In this document: positions 36,484 to 45,584 of the stretch, piece after piece
Layout of the letters: the number at the start of each line of letters is the position of its first letter
How positions within the stretch are numbered: position 1 is the stretch's first letter
Source of the DNA: Candidatus Woesearchaeota archaeon
GTDB taxonomy: Archaea > Nanobdellota > Nanobdellia > SCGC-AAA011-G17 > JACQNH01
Assembly (NCBI GenBank): GCA_023246445.1
Contig: JAHFIJ010000001.1
Coordinates: 1-58,730, forward strand
Length of the DNA stretch: 58,730 nucleotides
Direction: 5' to 3'
Position numbers and translations under genes: made by a program
The notes under the pieces: model-generated
Databases searched by the model: none
Seen by the model: only the letters and a program-made list of their open reading frames with translations
Told to the model about the DNA's origin: nothing

Positions 36484-37942
36484 AATATTCTTTAAAAACT
36501 TCCTCAGGATTTACAATTTTTCCATCCTTCATCCCAATTATCCTATTACAATATTCAGCAACTAATTCTATACTATGCGAGATCATAATTATCGTTTTCC
36601 CATCTTCATTTAACTTTTTAATATAATCCATTAATTCTCTAGCATTCTTATGATCTAATCCTGTATCAGGCTCATCTACTATCATAATCTCAGGTTTCAT
36701 AGCTAAAACAGAAGCAATAGAAACTCTTCTTTTCTGCCCCACACTTAAAGCATGTGGATCATTATTTCTAAGTTCAGCCAAATTAACTATATGCAGTGCT
36801 TCATTTGCTCTTTTTTCAACTTCTTTTTCATTTAATCCAATATTCTTTAAACCAAAAGCAATCTCATTATACAAATTTTCTTCAAATAACTGATAATTAG
36901 GATTCTGAAACACATAACCAATTTTTTTAGTTCTCTCATAAACATCACTTTTATTAATATTTTTACCTTCTAACAAAATTTCCCCTGAACCTCTTAAAAT
37001 CCCAATTATATTCAATGCTAAAGTGCTTTTTCCACTTCCGTTTAAACCCAATATCCCTATAAAATCTCTTTTACCGATTGATAAATGAATATCATTTAAT
37101 GCTCGAACATTATTAGAATATTTAAAATTCAAATCTCTAATCTCCAATATTGTTTTATTCTTGCTTTGGGTATTAATTTTTTCTATTTTATTAATAATCT
37201 CATACATATTGTGTGGTTTCAACATTATTTTGTTATACTCTTCACTTCTAAAAACATTTTCAGTTCTACCTTCAACTAAAACTTTCCCATTATCGATCAA
37301 CAAAACTCTATCGCAAATTTCTTTTATCATTCCAACATTATGCTCTACAATAATAATAGTATGCCTTTTCTTTAATTCTTTTATTAAATCTATTAATTTC
37401 CTAATTGAAGGTTGGTCTAAATTTGCAGTTGGCTCATCAAACAATAAGATTTTAGGCTCCATCGCTAATATAGAAGCTAAAGCAACTCTCTGTTTTTGTC
37501 CAGAACTTAATTCCTCTATTGATCTGTTTCTTAAATCTTCAATATTTAATAACTCTAAAACATTATCTAATCTTCTTTCAATCTCGAACCAAGGCATATT
37601 TAAATTCTCTAATCCAAATGTAATTTCATCTTCAACATTTAAAGCAAACAATTGTGACTCAGGGCTCTGAAACAGAATCTGTATTTTCTGCGACAATTCA
37701 ATCATTGATGAATTTTTAGTATCTTTTCCTAAAACAAATACATTTCCATTTAAATTTCCCTTAATAGAATGTGGAATTAAACCACTTAAAGCTAGCATTA
37801 ATGTAGATTTCCCACAACCAGAAGGCCCTATAATACCATAAATTTCTCCTTCTTTAACAGAAAAAGAAACGTCATTTAAAACTAAATTCTTTTCTTGCGG
37901 ATAATTATAGCTCAATTTCTTAACCTCTATAGCATTTATCAT
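36473..37942 (-). CDS. ecfA: fused ECF transporter ATPase (EcfA-EcfA', two ABC domains)
   Basis: 489 aa. Two Walker A motifs (GPSGCGKST, GLNGSGKST), two LSGGQ-like signatures (LSSGQKQR, LSVGQKRR) and two Walker B motifs. Confidence 0.9.
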   Translation of the reverse strand: MINAIEVKKLSYNYPQEKNLVLNDVSFSVKEGEIYGIIGPSGCGKSTLMLALSGLIPHSIKGNLNGNVFVLGKDTKNSSMIELSQKIQILFQSPESQLFALNVEDEITFGLENLNMPWFEIERRLDNVLELLNIEDLRNRSIEELSSGQKQRVALASILAMEPKILLFDEPTANLDQPSIRKLIDLIKELKKRHTIIIVEHNVGMIKEICDRVLLIDNGKVLVEGRTENVFRSEEYNKIMLKPHNMYEIINKIEKINTQSKNKTILEIRDLNFKYSNNVRALNDIHLSIGKRDFIGILGLNGSGKSTLALNIIGILRGSGEILLEGKNINKSDVYERTKKIGYVFQNPNYQLFEENLYNEIAFGLKNIGLNEKEVEKRANEALHIVNLAELRNNDPHALSVGQKRRVSIASVLAMKPEIMIVDEPDTGLDHKNARELMDYIKKLNEDGKTIIMISHSIELVAEYCNRIIGMKDGKIVNPEEVFKEYFKM

Positions 37943-38026
37943 TAAAATATAACTTTATCAGAATATTTAATAGTTTCGCCTTAACAACCTTTAAAAACTT
38001 CAAAGACATCCATATACCGATTTTAA

Positions 38027-40081
38027 ATGAAAAAGAAGAGGTCTGAAGTAGAATATAAGCTAGTTTTCATACTGATAATCTCTTTCTTAATTATTTCTTT
38101 ATTATCTTTTACAAACTTAACTGGATTTTTAATCGTTGGTTGTAATGATTCTGATAATGGAGATAAATATGTAAAAGGAACATTAAGCTACCAGAGTTTA
38201 AAAGCAGATGATGAATGTATTCAGGATAAGCTGGCAGAGTATTTTTGCAATCCTTCAGGTATTCCAAGCGTTACAATAAGCGAATGCCCTTCGGGGTGTG
38301 TTAATGGCGCATGTAAAAAAATTGAAAACAAAACTACTTACAAAGAAATTTTTCAAATTAAGCAGGGTTCTGATGTTCTTGAGATAAATGAATTTATAGG
38401 TGATGTCCTAAGCTCAATAACCTCAAATGAAATGCCTTTTCTATTAAAAAGTTCAAGTATAAGCACAAGTAATGGAATTTCACGCTATAATCAATACTTA
38501 ACATTTAATGATACAGATTTACAGACAGGAAAAGTAAAGTTTGACGAGGATGAAGGTGAAATTTCAGATTTCTTATTTTTCGACGAAGATAATTACTTAT
38601 TTGAATATGAACTTGACTTTGGAAATAATCTAATAAGTGATATAAGCTCATCAAATAAGCTTGAAGACTTGCACAATGAAAAATTAAATATCTTAGGAAA
38701 CGAATATCAAATTATAGACAGCAATGTAAATGGAAATACAGTAGAACTTAAATTTATTGGGGGGAAAATAAAAGATACATTAAAAGAAGGAGAATCAAAA
38801 ACATACAATCTTAAAGGAAAACAGTATAATGTTAAATTAGTCTTAGTAAGTAATGATAGAGCCATCTTTGAAATAAACAGTAACAGAAGCAAAACCTTGG
38901 AAGAAGGAGAAGTAGACTCTTTAGATGACATTTCAATCGCAGTAATCTCAATCTTAGAAGATAATAAAGGAGATCTAGTTGACTTCTATTTAGACAGTAA
39001 CATGTTCAAATTCAAAGACACTATAAATGATGACAATTTCAGGCAGGGTGTTGAAATCAACGGCAATATTATTTCAGATGGCTTTGTTAAGATAAAGGGA
39101 GAAAAAACCTCAACAGAAGTAAAAATAAACAATATAAAATACAAAGTAAAGGCCAAAGGAATAAGAGCTGGTGATTTATTTGTTCCTCCGGGCAGCAGCG
39201 TTAAAAATAATATCCCTAACCCATCACTTTTTCTTGGGAGCTGGGATATCTTGTATCAAGGATTATTAAATGAAGTAAAAAAATTAAACAACAATCTTAT
39301 AATATTTAATCCTTCAGGAAGCAAATATAGATTAGTATTCACAAATCTTAAAGGCAAAACATATTCAATCCCTTTCATAAGCAATAATGCCGGAACCTTA
39401 ACAATAGGCAATGATGAAGACACATTATATTTCATAGAAGCTTCTTCCACTAATAATTTTATTATTAACACCAAAGATTATTTTATCCTAACCTCAAAAA
39501 ACTCTAACAGCGGCATAACAAATATTTTAAGATACAATTCTCTAAATGAAGAAAATAAACAATTAAGTGTTGTTGATTTAGCAGAAGGCAAGAAAGATGT
39601 AATCTACACAGGCACACCAGGAACAAATGCTGTAGCAAATTTAGTAATCTCAGGAAGAACATATAAAGTTTATATTGGTTCAGCACCCGATTATAAATTA
39701 GCAGTTGACTTAAATGGTGACAATGATCTGGCAAGTGATGAAGTAAACATAATTACAAACGGTGGTGGAATCTTAGACTTAGGTTCTGCACAAACCTCCA
39801 GCAATAATTTCAATATGACACTAACCACAGAATCAAGGCAGTTCAACAAAAGAACAACAAATGAAAACATTAATATTGAAGTGCAAAAAGACGGGAGTAG
39901 TGTTAATATAAATCTGCCATCTCAATCAGACTTAGCATTAGAAAGCGTTTCAGGTGGAAAAGAAGGGCTAAGCAGCTTCGGAATTGAGTTTACTTTAACA
40001 GAAAAATCAGGTCCTGATAAATTAACAGTTATATACCCCGGTCAACAGGCAGAAGCAAATGTTAGTATTATTTCATATTGA
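38027..40081 (+). CDS. surface protein (S-layer-like candidate) with N-terminal CxDSDG module
   Basis: 684 aa. Signal anchor, Cys module at aa 39-96, then a long Cys-free region rich in Asn/Ser/Ile that looks beta-rich. Confidence 0.55.
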   Translation: MKKKRSEVEYKLVFILIISFLIISLLSFTNLTGFLIVGCNDSDNGDKYVKGTLSYQSLKADDECIQDKLAEYFCNPSGIPSVTISECPSGCVNGACKKIENKTTYKEIFQIKQGSDVLEINEFIGDVLSSITSNEMPFLLKSSSISTSNGISRYNQYLTFNDTDLQTGKVKFDEDEGEISDFLFFDEDNYLFEYELDFGNNLISDISSSNKLEDLHNEKLNILGNEYQIIDSNVNGNTVELKFIGGKIKDTLKEGESKTYNLKGKQYNVKLVLVSNDRAIFEINSNRSKTLEEGEVDSLDDISIAVISILEDNKGDLVDFYLDSNMFKFKDTINDDNFRQGVEINGNIISDGFVKIKGEKTSTEVKINNIKYKVKAKGIRAGDLFVPPGSSVKNNIPNPSLFLGSWDILYQGLLNEVKKLNNNLIIFNPSGSKYRLVFTNLKGKTYSIPFISNNAGTLTIGNDEDTLYFIEASSTNNFIINTKDYFILTSKNSNSGITNILRYNSLNEENKQLSVVDLAEGKKDVIYTGTPGTNAVANLVISGRTYKVYIGSAPDYKLAVDLNGDNDLASDEVNIITNGGGILDLGSAQTSSNNFNMTLTTESRQFNKRTTNENINIEVQKDGSSVNINLPSQSDLALESVSGGKEGLSSFGIEFTLTEKSGPDKLTVIYPGQQAEANVSIISY

Positions 40082-40124
40082 TAACAACAAAAGAGTTTTA
40101 AGTATTTGACTTTCAAATAATACT

Positions 40125-40556
40125 ATGGAATATAAATCACAAACACTAGAAAAACATTTACAGGTATTGGGTTTGACTTATGAACAATTAACACATGAAC
40201 TAGGAAATGAAAAAACAGATGATTTTAACAGAATAATCTCAGCTAAAGAAAGAAACAAGCCAGTGACCCTGGAAGACGCATTAAGAACTATAGAATTTCT
40301 GGGTCTGGAAGATCTGGTTGTTTATACCTTTAATAAAAAATTGAAAAGAGATTCATTATTTTGCAGTTTTAATATAGGAACGGGTATTACTCTGCTTTAT
40401 GCAATAGTTTCTTATGATCTGCCAACAAAATTCAGATACCTTTTTGGTATTGGGTTTTACATTATGGGAACAATAGGGGTAATTGAGCTTATAAAAATAA
40501 TTAAAGATAGTAAAAATGTAAAAGATTGTTTAAGAAATTATCCTAATAACTCTTAG
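40125..40556 (+). CDS. small membrane protein with a possible N-terminal HTH
   Basis: 143 aa with two C-terminal TM helices. Confidence 0.4.
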   Translation: MEYKSQTLEKHLQVLGLTYEQLTHELGNEKTDDFNRIISAKERNKPVTLEDALRTIEFLGLEDLVVYTFNKKLKRDSLFCSFNIGTGITLLYAIVSYDLPTKFRYLFGIGFYIMGTIGVIELIKIIKDSKNVKDCLRNYPNNS

Positions 40557-41979
40557 CAAAATAGCAGATTACGTTAGCCTTCTTACCGCAACAAAAACAA
40601 TTTTCTTTTATATTTTTAGGTTGGTCAAGAGGCATATTCAGGCTTTTAACACTAAACTCATTTTTAACTATTTTTTCACATTCAGAATTCCCGCACCAAT
40701 AAGCCTTTACAGCCATCTTATTTTCAATAGCTTTCTTAAACTCATTTTTATTTTTAACACTGGCAATTTTACTGTCCATTAATTTCTTAGCCCTATTAAA
40801 CAAGTTTTCCTGAATTAAATCTAAAGTTCTTTCAACTTCTTCACTTAAATTTTTATCTTTAACAGACATCTTCTCATAATTATCCCTTCTTACTAATACA
40901 ATTTGCTTCTTCTCAATATCTCTAGGCCCAATTTCAATTCTTAATGGTATTCCCTTCAATTCCCAATCATTAAATTTCCATCCAGGTGTATAGCCCTCTC
41001 TATCATCTAATATAGCATTAAATTTACCTAACTCTCTAAAAACTTCTTTAGCTCTTTTCAAAACCTTTTCATTATCCCCTGTTAGTATCGGCACAATTAC
41101 AGCCTTATTCTCAGCAGCTCTTGGGGGGATTACCATTCCTTTATCATCACCGTGCACCATTACCAAAGCACCTATTAATCTGGTCGAAACACCCCAGGAA
41201 TTTTGCCATGGGATATGTTCTTTCCCATCTTCACCCAAAAATCTTATACCAAAAGCCTTTGCAAATCCCTGTCCTAGGTTATGAGAAGTTCCCATCTGTA
41301 ACCCTTTTCCATCAGGCATTACACCTTCAACACTTAAAGTATATAAAGCACCGGCAAATTTTTCACTTTCACTTTTCTTTCCAATCAAAACAGGTAAAGC
41401 TAATAATTCTTCGCATAAATTTTTGTATTCTTTTAAATATTCTAAAGTTTCTTTATCGCATTCTTCTTTGGTTTCATAAACACAATGACCTTCCTGCCAT
41501 AAAAATTCTCTTGTTCTCAAAAATAATCTGGTTGCCTTTGTCTCCCATCTTACAATATTACACCATTGATTTATTCTTAAAGGCAAATCTCTATGGCTTC
41601 TAATCCATCTTGAATAAGAATCATACATTATGGTTTCAGATGTTGGTCTTATAGCTAATCTTTCACCCTCTTCTGTGTTTGCAATCCAGGCTACTTCAGG
41701 CGTAAAGCCTTTTGCATGTTCACTTTCTTTTTTAAAAAATGATTCTGGTATAAATAATGGAAAATAAGCATTTTTAACTCCTATCTTTTTAATTTTTTTA
41801 TTTAAATATTCTTGAATTTTCTCCCATATAGAATAAGCATTAGCCCTTATAATCATACACCCTTTAACAGTTGAATAATCAGCTAATTCTGCCTTCTGAA
41901 CTACTTGGGTATACCATTCAGAGAAATCTTGATCTTTCTTAACTGTAATTCCAAGCTCAATTTTTTTATCCTTATTCAT
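40543..41979 (-). CDS. proS: prolyl-tRNA synthetase (archaeal type)
   Basis: 478 aa. Class II core plus a C-terminal Zn-binding domain (CGNSECE...CFCCGKKA). Confidence 0.92.
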   Translation of the reverse strand: MNKDKKIELGITVKKDQDFSEWYTQVVQKAELADYSTVKGCMIIRANAYSIWEKIQEYLNKKIKKIGVKNAYFPLFIPESFFKKESEHAKGFTPEVAWIANTEEGERLAIRPTSETIMYDSYSRWIRSHRDLPLRINQWCNIVRWETKATRLFLRTREFLWQEGHCVYETKEECDKETLEYLKEYKNLCEELLALPVLIGKKSESEKFAGALYTLSVEGVMPDGKGLQMGTSHNLGQGFAKAFGIRFLGEDGKEHIPWQNSWGVSTRLIGALVMVHGDDKGMVIPPRAAENKAVIVPILTGDNEKVLKRAKEVFRELGKFNAILDDREGYTPGWKFNDWELKGIPLRIEIGPRDIEKKQIVLVRRDNYEKMSVKDKNLSEEVERTLDLIQENLFNRAKKLMDSKIASVKNKNEFKKAIENKMAVKAYWCGNSECEKIVKNEFSVKSLNMPLDQPKNIKENCFCCGKKANVICYFAKSY

Positions 41980-42065
41980 GAGATTAGCTTATTTTACTCA
42001 ATTTAAATACATTTCTAGAACTAAAAAACAAAAAGTTTAAATATTACTTATTCCCTTAAACACCT

Positions 42066-42335
42066 ATGGGATTTATTAAAATAAAATTACCGGATAAAAT
42101 AGAGAATTCTTTTAGAAAAACCGCTATGGAAATATTTGGATACCGCAAAGGTGCAATAAGCTCAGCTGTCCAGGAAGCAATCAGGAATTGGGAATCTTCA
42201 AAGATAAAAATTAAGCATATTGACGATCCGGTTGAAGCAATTTCCGGTTTATTAAGCCATGTCAAAAAAAAATCAGTAGAATTACAGCACGAAGTGGGGG
42301 GGATATTAAGTGAAAAATATTCTAATCGACGCTAA
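42066..42335 (+). CDS. vapB: ribbon-helix-helix antitoxin (VapB-like)
   Basis: 89 aa. IKIKLPDKIENSFRKTAMEIFGYRKGAISSAVQEAIRNW. Overlaps the PIN gene by 26 nt. Confidence 0.6.
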   Translation: MGFIKIKLPDKIENSFRKTAMEIFGYRKGAISSAVQEAIRNWESSKIKIKHIDDPVEAISGLLSHVKKKSVELQHEVGGILSEKYSNRR

Positions 42336-42717
42336 TATTTTTTTAGAAGTTCTTCTTGCCCAAGAAAAATCTGAACAATGTAAAAGAATACTAAAAAAAT
42401 TTCAGCAGGGTAATCAAAGGGGTGTAGTGTCATCATTCACTATAGACGCAATACTTATAATAATGACAAGAAATAAAAAAGAAAATAAAGACCTAGAATT
42501 ATTCATCACTAGTCTACTTAACTACAAAGGTCTTGTAATCCATCAAATCACTATTAAAGACAGGCTAGAGGCAACAAAATTAATGAAATCCCATAATATT
42601 GATTACGAAGATGCAATAACACTCCAAACCGCATTTTCAAACAATATAAAAGAGATACTTAGTTTAGATAAACATTTTGATAAGGTGAAAGAGATAAAGA
42701 GAATTGAATCTTTATGA
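42310..42717 (+). CDS. vapC: PIN-domain toxin (VapC-like)
   Basis: 135 aa. ILIDANIFLE (first acidic residue), internal Asp/Glu, DYEDAITLQ. Confidence 0.8.
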   Translation: MKNILIDANIFLEVLLAQEKSEQCKRILKKFQQGNQRGVVSSFTIDAILIIMTRNKKENKDLELFITSLLNYKGLVIHQITIKDRLEATKLMKSHNIDYEDAITLQTAFSNNIKEILSLDKHFDKVKEIKRIESL

Positions 42718-42718
42718 A

Positions 42719-43489
42719 CTATATATGTTTCAGAGGTTCTTCCTTAGCGATTCCCCATAGATTATCAAATACCTGCTCAAAAGTCTGTGAAAATTTCTCA
42801 TCTTTTATTAAAAACCCCCTTGGGGATTTACCAGTTATATATTGAAGGAAAAAATAGCCTTTCATTACCCCCCACTCCACATCATTCTTTAAATCCATAA
42901 ATCTTATTTCAGTAAGTTTATTCCTTCTTTTTTTAGCTAACCATCTTCCTTCATTAGGGAAAATCATTCTTTCTCTTACTTGTTTCTTAACTCTTAAATT
43001 ATGATACTCAGTATAAAATCCCACTAATCTTTCATAACTACCAGGTTTACATGTATGAATTTTTATCATATTTTCTTTATCCATAATAGAATTAATATTA
43101 TACCATAAAGATTTAATTCCGCTCAATCCCTCAAAATATTTATAGTTCGAATAAGGTTCTTTTTTAATTTCTTTTTTCTTTAAGTTTATTATTAATTCAT
43201 TTATCTCTACCCTTTCTTCCTCTAATTTCCTCTGTTTCTCCAAAAATAATTCATTTAAATAATCAGGAGGGGATGGCATAAAAATCTTAATATTATTCTG
43301 CATTCTAAAACTAACCAATCCTTTCTGTATTAAAGAATCCAGAATTTTATATATATTTGAACTGGCTATTCTTGTAAAATTACATATAAGCCCTGTTTGA
43401 GCCTGCTGTAATCCTAAAAGTGCCAAGTAAACCCTTGATTCTCGATCTGTTAATCCTATTTTTGTTAATATTTCTTCTATTTTATTCAT
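42719..43489 (-). CDS. TrmB-family transcriptional regulator
   Basis: N-terminal LGLTDRESRVYLALLGL...IASSNIYKILDSLIQKGLVS. Confidence 0.75.
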   Translation of the reverse strand: MNKIEEILTKIGLTDRESRVYLALLGLQQAQTGLICNFTRIASSNIYKILDSLIQKGLVSFRMQNNIKIFMPSPPDYLNELFLEKQRKLEEERVEINELIINLKKKEIKKEPYSNYKYFEGLSGIKSLWYNINSIMDKENMIKIHTCKPGSYERLVGFYTEYHNLRVKKQVRERMIFPNEGRWLAKKRRNKLTEIRFMDLKNDVEWGVMKGYFFLQYITGKSPRGFLIKDEKFSQTFEQVFDNLWGIAKEEPLKHI

Positions 43490-43561
43490 ACTACTATATT
43501 AGAATAGTAGTTAGCTTATAAATATTTCCTTTATACCTAACTGTCAAGAAGTAACAACAAA

Positions 43562-44644
43562 ATGAAAACAATTTTAAAAATCATCTTCGGGATTATGATC
43601 TTTCTTTTAATTAGTTGTAACAATACAGAACAAGAAACAATTAAAATAGGCGCAATTGTTCCATTAAGTGATTGGGGGGCTTATTGGGGTATCCCATTCA
43701 TAAAGGGTGCAGAAATCGCCAAAGAAGAAATCAACAGCAACAATAAAATCAAATTTGAGATAATTACCGAAGACAGTAAAGGTAATGGAAAAGATGCGGT
43801 AACAGCCGTCCAAAAACTAATAAATATCGATAAAGTAAAAGCTATAGTTGTAGAATTCGCACCACCCACTCTAGCAGTTTCCCCTATACTAAAGGAAGCC
43901 AAAATTCCATTTATCTATGATGCTTATATAAAATCGCCCCTCAAAGACAACAAATATGCCTTCAAATCATTTCTTGATGTTAAAATCGGATGTAAAGATT
44001 TAATAAAACACGCAAAAGAAAGTTACAAAAATCTAGGTTTAATATTAGCAAAAATGGAATATAGTGAAATATGTTTAGACGCTGTCAAAGAAATCGAACC
44101 AGCTGTAAATGTTTATTGGTATACTTTTGGAGACACAGATTTCAGAACTTTACTAATAAAAGCGAAAAGCGATAAGATTGATACTATCCTTATCTTAGGA
44201 TGGGCAAATGAATTCACCGCTTTTTTCCAGCAAAAAACAGAATTAGGTTATAAGTTTAATATCCTCTGTGGTAGTGGATCAGAATGTCTAAATGATGATG
44301 TAATCAATTTAATTCCAAAAGAAGAATTAGAAGGAACAATCGCATTTGATTATACTGCTTTAACAGATACTAGTTTCGCAAGAGAATATAAAGAAAAATA
44401 TCCGGATACAACTACACCAAACATTATTGCAGCGGTCCATGGTTACGAATCTATTATCTTATTTAGTGAAGCTGTAAAAAATTGCAATGAAATAACTTCA
44501 GAGTGTATTCAAGAAAATTTAAACAATGTTAGAGAATACCCTAGTGCATTAAAAAGTAATGGTTTTAAAGACAGAGTTTTACAAATTGAAACAGAACTTT
44601 ACGAATTTAAAAACGCAAAATTAACAGAAATTAAACAACCCTAA
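43562..44644 (+). CDS. periplasmic-binding-protein type I solute-binding lipoprotein (LivJ-like)
   Basis: 360 aa. Signal peptide with LLISC lipobox-like Cys. IKIGAIVPLSDWGAYWG is typical of Peripla_BP_6. Confidence 0.7.
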   Translation: MKTILKIIFGIMIFLLISCNNTEQETIKIGAIVPLSDWGAYWGIPFIKGAEIAKEEINSNNKIKFEIITEDSKGNGKDAVTAVQKLINIDKVKAIVVEFAPPTLAVSPILKEAKIPFIYDAYIKSPLKDNKYAFKSFLDVKIGCKDLIKHAKESYKNLGLILAKMEYSEICLDAVKEIEPAVNVYWYTFGDTDFRTLLIKAKSDKIDTILILGWANEFTAFFQQKTELGYKFNILCGSGSECLNDDVINLIPKEELEGTIAFDYTALTDTSFAREYKEKYPDTTTPNIIAAVHGYESIILFSEAVKNCNEITSECIQENLNNVREYPSALKSNGFKDRVLQIETELYEFKNAKLTEIKQP

Positions 44645-45347
44645 AATAAACTCTTTTCCTTCCTTTGCCTTTATTTTCAGCATCTACAAACTCCAATCTT
44701 CCAATCTCCTTTAAAGATTTAACATGTGTTCCGCCATCAGCCTGTATGTCTACTCTCTCAATTTCAGTAATTCTATACTCCTCTAAATCCTTAGGCAGTT
44801 TATCTTTTAATTTAAACAAACCAGGGTTTTTCATAGCTTCATCTTTTTTAATAAAATAATTATTCACTTTAGCATCAGTCTTTATTATTTCATTTACTTC
44901 CTGTATCCATTTAATAAAAGCCTCTTTATCAAAATTTTCTAAGCTTAAATCCAATCTTGACTTATCCTCACTAATCTGATTCCCGGTAATTAAAGCCCCT
45001 GAATGTTTATTTATTGTAGAGATTAACAAATGCATTGCAGTATGATACCTCATAAACATATATCTTCTATTCCAGTTTAATATACATTTAACTTTATCTC
45101 CTTTCTGTAAGCCTTCTTCACTGGCTTCATGAGAAACTTCCTCATTAAAAACTCCAACAAAAACAACATTAAATTCCTTATTATCTTTTAATCTGATAAT
45201 TTTCCCGGTATCAAATGGCTGCCCGCCTCCTTGAGCGTAAAATATAGTTTTTTCCAACACAACATATTTTCCATTAGCAGATTTTACTTCAGTCTCTACT
45301 TCTTTAAGATATGAATCCTTTAAATACAATAAATTTTCCGTATTCAT
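44631..45347 (-). CDS. alaX: alanyl-tRNA editing protein AlaX
   Basis: 238 aa. HTAMHLL and DGGTHV zinc-binding motifs. Confidence 0.85.
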   Translation of the reverse strand: MNTENLLYLKDSYLKEVETEVKSANGKYVVLEKTIFYAQGGGQPFDTGKIIRLKDNKEFNVVFVGVFNEEVSHEASEEGLQKGDKVKCILNWNRRYMFMRYHTAMHLLISTINKHSGALITGNQISEDKSRLDLSLENFDKEAFIKWIQEVNEIIKTDAKVNNYFIKKDEAMKNPGLFKLKDKLPKDLEEYRITEIERVDIQADGGTHVKSLKEIGRLEFVDAENKGKGRKRVYFRVV

Positions 45348-45405
45348 TTTTATTTTTTCAGATTTTTTTCTTTCACCAATCTCTCTTTTGTAAAAATAAA
45401 TATTG

Positions 45406-45538
45406 AGGGCCTACTGGGACTTTCAGCGTTTTTTCTTTCAACCTTTCTTTACGAGGTTTCTTTTTTAAAGAAAACTCTTTTGAACCCAGATCACCCGGTC
45501 CGAGGCCGGAGGCTCGATCCAGATTAAGCTATAGGCCC
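45406..45538 (-). tRNA. tRNA-Arg(UCG) candidate interrupted by a ~59-nt intron in the T-loop
   Basis: Minus strand: acceptor GGGCCUA/UAGGCCC, D arm GCUU-AAUCUGGAUC-GAGC, anticodon arm UCCGG-CCUCGGA-CCGGG. The T stem CUGGG...CCCAG is separated by 66 nt that begins UUCAAA. TATA TTTAAAAA lies ~25 nt upstream and a T-run follows. No encoded CCA. Confidence 0.8.
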
Positions 45539-45584
45539 TTCAAAAATCTTTAGGATTTAATCTTTTTAAATTCTTCTACCCTAA

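Noticed and set aside
32206-37964. An exact 16-mer ATAACTTTATCAGAAT occurs at 32206-32221 and 37949-37964, both just downstream of TATA-like boxes of minus-strand genes.
   Set aside because: My rough estimate for this base composition predicts several chance 16-mer matches in 58 kb across both strands. The motif is AT-rich and has no dyad symmetry, so it is not significant on its own.
1014-41603. Many 60-170-aa ORFs are nested antisense or out of frame inside long genes (e.g. 1014-1289, 7029-7286, 7933-8214, 11444-11857, 23203-23686, 37161-37670, 41121-41603, 46960-47310).
   Set aside because: They are low-complexity (Leu/Ser/Phe/Ile-rich) shadows of AT-rich coding sequence. Each is fully contained in a gene with clear family motifs, and none has a ribosome-binding site.
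45416-45428. GAAAGUCCC on the minus strand resembles the RNase P RNA CR-I motif.
   Set aside because: It is the junction of the tRNA intron with the 3' half of the T stem. No other RNase P conserved regions are nearby.
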